64,000 bases of DNA from Candidatus Omnitrophota bacterium (lineage in GTDB: Bacteria; Omnitrophota; Gorgyraeia; Gygaellales; Profunditerraquicolaceae), in contig JAQUQW010000001.1 of NCBI GenBank assembly GCA_028716245.1, forward strand, positions 40,793 to 104,792, in the 5' to 3' direction. Made by a program: the position numbers and the translations under genes. Positions 57,353-64,000 of the stretch are shown in pieces (the stretch's first letter is position 1; every line of letters begins with the position of its first letter). The notes beneath the pieces are model-generated. The model saw nothing but the letters and a program-made list of their open reading frames with translations. It made no database searches and was not told the origin of the DNA.

Positions 57353-59320
57353 ATGCAAAAACCTCAAAAGATAAAAGTTGGCTTAGTCCAGGTAGGGGAA
57401 AATTTCAGTGGCCAGTATTATCTTCCATATTCAGTCGGACTTTTGCAGGCTTATGCCTTGAAAAGATTAAAGAAACCCCGAGACTACATTTTTTCCCTGC
57501 CCCTCTATAAAAGAGAGCCATTTGAAAAAATAGATTTACACTTTAGAGACGCAGATATTATATTTTTTAGCGTCTATATGTGGAATTATAATTTTAGTTT
57601 AGAGATAGCAAAAACAATCAAAATTAATCATCCTAAATGTTGTATTGTTTTCGGCGGGCCGCAGATACCGGAGTCTTCAGAGAGATTGGAGATTATGTTG
57701 CGTAGATACCCGTTTGTCGATATAGCTTGTTATGGAGAAGGAGAAAATCCATTTGTAGAGATTCTGGAAAGTTTCCGGAAGAAAGATTGGCCAGGAGTTC
57801 CTTCTATCGCTTATATAAATACGGAGAAAAACTTTGTCAAAAATAAAAGCGGAAATCGAATCTCTGATTTGGATCAAATTCCCTCGCCATATTTAAGCGG
57901 AGTCTTTGGATCCTTAATGGAATCTAGCGCTGAAGGGGTATGGTCGGTTATGTGGGAGACCAACCGTGGTTGCCCGTTTTCTTGTTCTTATTGTGCCTGG
58001 GGTAAGGATTCTAAGAGAGGTATTTATAAATATGATCTGGGTCGGTTATTTGAAGAGATAGACTGGTTTAGTAAGAACAAAATTGAGTTTATCTTTTGTT
58101 GCGATGCGAACTTCGGGTTATTTAAAGAAAGGGATATGCAGATTGTCCAGAAAGTAGCTGAGAATAAGAAGCAATACGGTTATCCTAAAGCATTCTCCGT
58201 ACAGAGTACTAAGAATGCTACGCGTACAATTTTTGAGCTGCAAAAAGAATTAAATATCGCCGGTCTGCAAAAAGGAGTAAACTTAGCATTGCAGTCCGTA
58301 AATAATCAAACCTTAAAAAGCGTTAATCGTAGTAATATTTCACCCGGCCAGTTCCGGGATCTGCAGAAGATGTTTACGGATGCCGGTATTGCAACTTTCT
58401 CTGATATGATTTTAGGTTTGCCCGATGAATCGTACCAAACTTTTACCGGGGGGGTTTCCGATGTGATTGAAGGAGGCCAGTATAACAGAATTCAGTTTAT
58501 AAATCTAGCCGTGCTTGAGAATACTGAAATGTCCTCTCCGGAATACATTCAGAGATACGGGTTGATACTCAAGGAATGTAAAATGGTTTCACATCATACT
58601 AGTATTAGCTCTGATAACGAAATTCCGGAAACTCAAATCTTGGTTGTCGGCACCAGTACAATGCCTAAAGAGGATTGGGTTAAGACACGTATTTTTTGCT
58701 GGATGATCTCTTTGCTGCATTTTGATAAATTGCTCCAAATCCCGCTGATTATTTTAAACAAATCTTATGTATTAAACTATAAGGAGATAATGGGTTGGTT
58801 TTTAGCCAGTGGCAAGGAATATCCTATTATTTCCAGTATTGTTTCGCGCTTTAATGAAAAAGCCTCAATGATCCAATTCGGCGATACCGAATTTATTGCT
58901 TCTCCTGATTGGCTAAATATTTATTGGCCGGCAGATGAGTTCATTTTTATAAAATTGTGCAGCGAAAACAATTTATCGAAATTTTATGAAGAAGCGAGGA
59001 GTGTTATTCTTAGCGGTTTAAAGAAGAGCAAAATACCGATAGATGAAGACTTGCTTGATGATGCGCTCGCTTTTAATTGCAATTCAATAAAACAGCCCTT
59101 TATAACTGAAAATAAAAGAATCACGCTAAATTATAATCTGCCTGAGTTCTATCAGTCTGCCCTGGTTGGGAGGCAGATCTCGTTATCAAGAGGAAGTTTT
59201 AATTATGATATTGTGCGTACTCAGGATAAATGGAGTTCATGGCTGGATTGGTGCAAAGAGGTAGTCTGGTTTGGAACAAAAAAGGGGAATTATTTATATC
59301 CTTTTATAAAAACTAATTAA
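57353..59320 (+). CDS. B12-binding domain radical SAM enzyme (class B), with a long C-terminal extension
   Basis: NRGCPFSCSYCAW (CxxxCxxC). N-terminal B12-binding-like region. 655 aa. Confidence 0.8.
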   Translation: MQKPQKIKVGLVQVGENFSGQYYLPYSVGLLQAYALKRLKKPRDYIFSLPLYKREPFEKIDLHFRDADIIFFSVYMWNYNFSLEIAKTIKINHPKCCIVFGGPQIPESSERLEIMLRRYPFVDIACYGEGENPFVEILESFRKKDWPGVPSIAYINTEKNFVKNKSGNRISDLDQIPSPYLSGVFGSLMESSAEGVWSVMWETNRGCPFSCSYCAWGKDSKRGIYKYDLGRLFEEIDWFSKNKIEFIFCCDANFGLFKERDMQIVQKVAENKKQYGYPKAFSVQSTKNATRTIFELQKELNIAGLQKGVNLALQSVNNQTLKSVNRSNISPGQFRDLQKMFTDAGIATFSDMILGLPDESYQTFTGGVSDVIEGGQYNRIQFINLAVLENTEMSSPEYIQRYGLILKECKMVSHHTSISSDNEIPETQILVVGTSTMPKEDWVKTRIFCWMISLLHFDKLLQIPLIILNKSYVLNYKEIMGWFLASGKEYPIISSIVSRFNEKASMIQFGDTEFIASPDWLNIYWPADEFIFIKLCSENNLSKFYEEARSVILSGLKKSKIPIDEDLLDDALAFNCNSIKQPFITENKRITLNYNLPEFYQSALVGRQISLSRGSFNYDIVRTQDKWSSWLDWCKEVVWFGTKKGNYLYPFIKTN

Positions 59321-59347
59321 TTTCCATAAAAGTAAATAAGGAGATAG

Positions 59348-60337
59348 ATGCCTAATCCATTTTCAGGGAAGAGGGTTTTGGTTGCCGGCGGGACAGGTAT
59401 GATTGGTATCCAACTTGTAAAAATGCTTATTGAGCTAGGAGCGTCTGTGAGGATTGCTTCGTTGGATGATTCTTCCCGGGCGCATCCGGAAGCCGAATTT
59501 ATGCGTAAGGATCTTACTCTCATTGATAATTGCCTGGAGGTATGCCGTGGGATGGATTTTGTGTTTAATCTTTTAGGTGTCAAGGCTTCTCCCGGTGTTT
59601 CAGCTAATAAGCCGGCGCGTTTCCTTTATTCAACGGTATTGATGGAGATGAATATGCTTGAAGCAGCGCACCGCGAAAGAGTAAATGGATACCTGCTTAC
59701 AAGCTCAGTCGGAGTGTATGCTCCTGCGAAAGTATTGAATGAAGACGATGTCTGGAAAACATTTCCTTCTCTTAATGATTGGTACGCGGGTTGGTCTAAG
59801 CGCGTAGGAGAGCTTCAGATAGATGCCTATCGCAAAGAATACGATTGGGATGGGTTGACTATAGTCAGGCCGGCTAATGTATATGGGCCTTATGATAATT
59901 TTGAAAGCGAAAATGCGATGGTTGTGCCGTCGCTTATTAAACGGGTAATTTCAGGCGAGAATCCGTTAAGGGTTTGGGGAGATGGGACGGCAGTGCGGGA
60001 TTTTATCCACGCTAAAGATGTGGCTTCAGGCATGCTTTTAGTTGCTCAGGAACAGCCTCAAAAACCCGTTAACCTCGGTAGCGGCGTAGGAGTTTCGATT
60101 AAGGATTTGGTGGATGTTATTATTTTAAATTTGGATAAGAAGCCCCAAGTTTTGTGGGATAAGGCTAAGCCGAAAGGCGATGACTGCCGTATATTAAATA
60201 TTTCAAGAGCGAAAGAATTGGGGTTTGAACCCAAGGTAACCTTAGGGCAGGGGATAAAGGAGACAATGGATTGGTATAGGGCCAATAAAGATATCACCCA
60301 TCTTAGGTATGATGTTTACAATAATTCCGGAATATAA
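59348..60337 (+). CDS. NAD(P)-dependent epimerase/dehydratase (GDP-fucose synthase-like SDR)
   Basis: VLVAGGTGMIGIQL Rossmann motif. Confidence 0.7.
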   Translation: MPNPFSGKRVLVAGGTGMIGIQLVKMLIELGASVRIASLDDSSRAHPEAEFMRKDLTLIDNCLEVCRGMDFVFNLLGVKASPGVSANKPARFLYSTVLMEMNMLEAAHRERVNGYLLTSSVGVYAPAKVLNEDDVWKTFPSLNDWYAGWSKRVGELQIDAYRKEYDWDGLTIVRPANVYGPYDNFESENAMVVPSLIKRVISGENPLRVWGDGTAVRDFIHAKDVASGMLLVAQEQPQKPVNLGSGVGVSIKDLVDVIILNLDKKPQVLWDKAKPKGDDCRILNISRAKELGFEPKVTLGQGIKETMDWYRANKDITHLRYDVYNNSGI

Positions 60338-60342
60338 AAAAT

Positions 60343-61287
60343 ATGAAGAAAAGAATTCTAATAACCGGTGGCACTGGTTTGGTCGGAAGCAGCTTGACAA
60401 AAAGAATTAAGGAAGTTGGATTGCCAATTATTTCCGTCGGACACAAGGGGAGCGTATTAAAAAATAAAGATGACTCCCTAGGTTATGACTTTTGTAAATT
60501 TAAAGATTGCTTGGATGCCACCAGGAATATAGAAGCTGCGGTTTTTTGTGCCGCGATTTCATATGGCGTCAAGAAAAATAAAGAGTTGCCGACTGCCGCG
60601 ATACTTCCTAACCTGGAAATATTTACAGGATTATTTGAAGCTTGCGCCAGGAATAAGGTTAGGAGAATTATTATGTTGAGTAGTTCAACCATATATCAGC
60701 CTGCAGGTTATCCCATTAAAGAAGATGATCTCGATTTAAATCAGTCTCCTTATCAGGAGTATTTTGGAATAGGTTGGACATACCGTTATTTAGAGCAACT
60801 TGCCTGTTTGTATTCTATAACCTATGGTATTCAAGTGCTTATCCTGCGTCCTACGAATATTTATGGCCCTTTTGATAAGTTTGACGAAGAAAGGGCCCAT
60901 GTTATTCCGTCTCTAATTCGCAGAGCATTAAATAAACAAGAACCTTTTGAGGTTTGGGGTAAGCCTGATGTGATACGTGATTTTGTTTTTGTCGGCGATG
61001 TGGTCGATGATATATTATCTATAATTAAAGATGAAGTGGATTTGCATAGCTTACCGGTAAATATCTGTAGCGGTAGGCCGATTTCAATAAAGGAGGCTGC
61101 TGAAATTATATTAGAGACTTGCGGCCACAAAACCAAAGTAAATTTTAACTCCCAAAAGCCCACTGCGATACCGTATCGGGCTCTCGATAGTTCAAGATAT
61201 CTAAAAACTTTTGGTTCAAGGAAAAGGACTGCTTTTAGGGATGGAATTAAAAAAACGGTTGAATGGTTTAAGAAGAATGGAGAATAA
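60343..61287 (+). CDS. NAD(P)-dependent epimerase/dehydratase
   Basis: ILITGGTGLVGSSL Rossmann motif. Confidence 0.7.
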   Translation: MKKRILITGGTGLVGSSLTKRIKEVGLPIISVGHKGSVLKNKDDSLGYDFCKFKDCLDATRNIEAAVFCAAISYGVKKNKELPTAAILPNLEIFTGLFEACARNKVRRIIMLSSSTIYQPAGYPIKEDDLDLNQSPYQEYFGIGWTYRYLEQLACLYSITYGIQVLILRPTNIYGPFDKFDEERAHVIPSLIRRALNKQEPFEVWGKPDVIRDFVFVGDVVDDILSIIKDEVDLHSLPVNICSGRPISIKEAAEIILETCGHKTKVNFNSQKPTAIPYRALDSSRYLKTFGSRKRTAFRDGIKKTVEWFKKNGE

Positions 61288-61305
61288 AGAAAGGGCAATA
61301 AGACT

Positions 61306-61809
61306 ATGATCAATGTTGAAAAAACAAATTTGGATGGAGTTTTATTAATTAAACCCAGTGTATTTGAAGATCATCGCGGCCAATATGTTGAAATATACAA
61401 TGAGGCTCTTTATAAAGAAAATGGTATCGATCTGAGATTTATACAGGATGACATTTCTGTTTCATTTAAAAATGTCTTGAGGGGAATACACGGGGATTCG
61501 CAAACCTGGAAATTAATATCTTGTCTCTATGGAGAATTTTATCTGGTGGTTGTAAATTGGGATAACGCATCTTCCCAGTATAGAAAATGGGAATCATTTA
61601 TTTTATCGGAAAAGAACAGATTACAGGTTCTCGTGCCTCCTAAATTTGGTAATGGGCATCTTGTCCTTTCCGATAGGGCCATGTTTCACTATAAACAATC
61701 TACGTATTATAACCGGGCAGGGCAGTTTACGATTACTTGGAATGACCCAGGGCCGAAGATTGATTGGCCCATAAAGAATCCTATTCTTTCTAAGCGCGAT
61801 GGAGCATAA
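61306..61809 (+). CDS. dTDP-4-dehydrorhamnose 3,5-epimerase-like cupin (RmlC family NDP-sugar 3,5-epimerase)
   Basis: LIKPSVFEDHRGQYVEIYN is the RmlC N-terminal signature. Confidence 0.75.
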   Translation: MINVEKTNLDGVLLIKPSVFEDHRGQYVEIYNEALYKENGIDLRFIQDDISVSFKNVLRGIHGDSQTWKLISCLYGEFYLVVVNWDNASSQYRKWESFILSEKNRLQVLVPPKFGNGHLVLSDRAMFHYKQSTYYNRAGQFTITWNDPGPKIDWPIKNPILSKRDGA

Positions 61810-62782
61810 AGTAATGTTTAAAGGCAGGAATGTACTGGTTACTGGCGGAAGTGGATTTGTCGGGGTTAATTTAATTATAAAGCTTTTGTCTTTAGGTGCG
61901 AAAGTAAGAGCAACGATTCATCGGAAAGAAGCGGTTATAAAGGAAGATGCAATTGAATATGTGAGATGTGATCTCTTAAAGATGGATGATTGCAGAAAAA
62001 TAGTAAAAGATATGGATTATCTCTTTATGTGCGCGGCAAATACATCTGGAGCAGCGGTTATTGCTTCAACGCCATTAGTGCATGTAACTCCTAATATTAT
62101 AATGAATGCACAGATGCTCGAGGCAGCTTACCACGCTAAGATAAGAAAGTTTGTTTGGCTAAGTAGTAATGCCGCGTATCCTCCAACAGGCGATAGATCG
62201 GTGAAAGAAGAGGAGATGTTTGATGGCGATCCCTATGATGTATATTTTGGCGCTGGCTGGATGAAGCGCTATACCGAGATTTTGTGCCGGCTCTATTCGC
62301 AGAAACTTAAAGAGAAAATGCCTACCATAGTAATCAGGCCGACAAATATTTACGGCCCTTATGATGATTTTGATTTTGTTACCTCCCATGTAATGGCGGC
62401 GACAATCCGTAAAGTGATAGAAAGGCATCAACCGCTTGAAATTTGGGGGAGCGGAGATGAAGTAAGAGATTTGATTTATATAGATGATTTTATAGATGCA
62501 CTTATCCTAGCTGTGGAAAAGATTGATACCTACGACCCGATTAATATTGGTTTCGGTAGGGGGTATAGTATAAAAGAAATTCTAGAAATCATCTTAAAGC
62601 TGGAGAAGTGGAGTGATCCATTAATAAAGTTTGATAGAACAAAGCCGACTACGATTCCTAAAAGGTTGGTGGATACAACCAAAGCGCGAAGGTTGCTCGG
62701 GTTTAAAGCGGTAACTAGTATTCGCGAAGGGGCACGAAAAACAATTGAATGGTATAAGTCTAGCGGAGGTATAAAAAAATGA
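61799..62782 (+). CDS. NAD(P)-dependent epimerase/dehydratase (4-reductase-like SDR)
   Basis: VLVTGGSGFVGVNL Rossmann motif. Confidence 0.7.
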   Translation: MEHKVMFKGRNVLVTGGSGFVGVNLIIKLLSLGAKVRATIHRKEAVIKEDAIEYVRCDLLKMDDCRKIVKDMDYLFMCAANTSGAAVIASTPLVHVTPNIIMNAQMLEAAYHAKIRKFVWLSSNAAYPPTGDRSVKEEEMFDGDPYDVYFGAGWMKRYTEILCRLYSQKLKEKMPTIVIRPTNIYGPYDDFDFVTSHVMAATIRKVIERHQPLEIWGSGDEVRDLIYIDDFIDALILAVEKIDTYDPINIGFGRGYSIKEILEIILKLEKWSDPLIKFDRTKPTTIPKRLVDTTKARRLLGFKAVTSIREGARKTIEWYKSSGGIKK

Positions 62783-63768
62783 TTATTACGAGAACGCCTT
62801 TTCGTATTTCCTTTTTTGGCGGAGGGACGGATTATCCCGATTATTACAAAAAATACGGCGGTTCCTGTTTGAATGCCACAATTAACAGGTATTGCTATAT
62901 TGCTTGTCGTTACTTGCCCCCTTTTTTCGACCATAAATTTGTGGTTCGTTATTCAAAGAAGGAATTAGCTCAGACTATCGATCAAATTATTCATCCTTCT
63001 GCTCGCGAATGCCTGAAATTTATGGGCATAGATAAAGGAGTCGAGATTATACATACTAGTGACCTGCCGGCTATGTCAGGGATAGGTTCAAGCTCGGCAT
63101 TTACCGTAGGGCTTCTTAATGCTCTTTATTCTCTTAAAGGGCAGATGCAGACTAAGCGTAAGCTTGCTTTCGATGCTATTCATGTAGAGCAGGAGCTTAT
63201 CCGTGAGAACGTTGGATCACAGGATCAGCTGGCTGTTGCTTTTGGTGGTTTTAATAAGATAGAATTTAGCGGTGAAAACGAAATATTTGTGCAGCCGGTT
63301 ACGATCGGAAAAGAGAAAATGGAATATTTTCAGAACCACTTCCTCTTTTATTTTACGGGATTTTCAAGGTTTGCCTCAGAAATTGCAGAGGAACAAATAA
63401 AGAGAATACCTGAAAACCTAAAAGAGCTTGATGCTATGAAAGAAATGGTTAATACCGCCATCAGTATTCTTAATGGTTCATTGAATTCAATAAATGATTT
63501 TGGGAAATTACTCGATGATAGCTGGATTTTGAAAAAACAGCTCGGAAAGCTTATCTCAAATAACAATATCGACCAGATCTACGAAGCGGCCAGAAGCGCA
63601 GGAGCCCTGGGGGGTAAGATTTGCGGAGCTGGAGCTGGAGGTTTTATGGTCCTATTCGTTCCTCCGGAAAATCAGCCTAAGGTTAAAGAAATATTAAAGA
63701 AGTTAATATTGGTTCCATTTCAGTTTGAAAATATTGGGTCTCATGTAATTCATTATACAGCCTATTAA
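62779..63768 (+). CDS. GHMP-family sugar kinase (D-glycero-D-manno-heptose 7-phosphate kinase HddA-like)
   Basis: N-terminal ITRTPFRISFFGGGTDYPDY. GHMP motif PAMSGIGSSSAF. Confidence 0.7.
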   Translation: MIITRTPFRISFFGGGTDYPDYYKKYGGSCLNATINRYCYIACRYLPPFFDHKFVVRYSKKELAQTIDQIIHPSARECLKFMGIDKGVEIIHTSDLPAMSGIGSSSAFTVGLLNALYSLKGQMQTKRKLAFDAIHVEQELIRENVGSQDQLAVAFGGFNKIEFSGENEIFVQPVTIGKEKMEYFQNHFLFYFTGFSRFASEIAEEQIKRIPENLKELDAMKEMVNTAISILNGSLNSINDFGKLLDDSWILKKQLGKLISNNNIDQIYEAARSAGALGGKICGAGAGGFMVLFVPPENQPKVKEILKKLILVPFQFENIGSHVIHYTAY

Positions 63769-63784
63769 TGGCTCGGAGGTTAAT

Positions 63785-64000
63785 CTGAGAAAACCTTTCA
63801 CTGCTTTAGTTCTATCCGGGGGGTTAGGAATACGTCTTAAGCCGGTAGTGTCGGATTTACCAAAAGTCCTGGCAGTTATTAATGGTCGCCCTTTCTTAGC
63901 ATATCTTCTTGACCAACTTGTTGGAGCAGGCGTACAGAATATAATATTGTGTACAGGATATCTGGGGGGATTAATTAAAGATGCATTTGGCAATAAATAC
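63785..64000 (+). CDS. Sugar-1-phosphate nucleotidyltransferase (HddC/ManC-like), N-terminal part. The start codon is uncertain and continues beyond the window.
   Basis: LSGGLGIRLKPVVSDLPKVLAVINGRPFL is the NTP-transferase glycine-rich loop. There is no in-frame ATG. GGAGG at 63775-63779 precedes a CTG at 63785. Confidence 0.55.
   Translation, partial: MRKPFTALVLSGGLGIRLKPVVSDLPKVLAVINGRPFLAYLLDQLVGAGVQNIILCTGYLGGLIKDAFGNKY

Overview
This is a 64 kb bacterial chromosomal segment with low-to-moderate GC content. Every convincing gene lies on the + strand. Minus-strand ORFs in the track are short, overlap + strand genes and look spurious.

The first 26 kb is housekeeping. It carries glycine cleavage P-protein subunits (gcvPA partial, gcvPB), a lipoate ligase-like gene, lipA, thyX, an ECF-type transporter T/A pair, a cupin, a class II Fic protein, a type IV pilus block (pilA, a TMTC-like GT-C/TPR membrane protein, a degenerate pilin paralog, pilMNOPQ), a DUF2344 protein, RNase G, rplU, obg, proB, proA, nadD, rpe, a phosphohexomutase, plsC, rpsA and tyrS.

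At about 26.1 kb there is an intact IS200-like Y1/HUH transposase (RAYT) bounded by about 20 bp inverted repeats. From 27 kb to the end of the window runs a very large glycan biosynthesis locus. It includes rmlA/rmlD/rmlB; several SDR epimerases and dehydratases; gmd plus a DegT aminotransferase plus fcl; a Wzx flippase; three GT2 and two GT4-like glycosyltransferases; three B12-binding (class B) radical SAM enzymes; a FkbM methyltransferase; a TPP-dependent E1 alpha/beta pair; an SGNH hydrolase; an LbH acetyltransferase; an 864 aa polytopic membrane protein; and a terminal heptose-type module (RmlC-like cupin, three SDRs, a GHMP kinase and a nucleotidyltransferase). The locus is interrupted by an island at 32.1-37.0 kb (AAA ATPase, hypotheticals, MarR-EPS regulator, a broken zeta-toxin-like ATPase, a PLD-family nuclease-like protein) and by an IS3-family transposase remnant at 42.3 kb.

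The most unusual signal is a set of short palindromic repeat families. A 29 nt tandem palindrome is inserted in frame six times into rmlB, a GT2 and a radical SAM gene. A longer palindrome supplies the stop codons of ecfT and rmlB. Structured hairpin repeats double as terminators. All share GACAG/CTGTC cores with the RAYT element's inverted repeats. No rRNA, tRNA or CRISPR array was seen.
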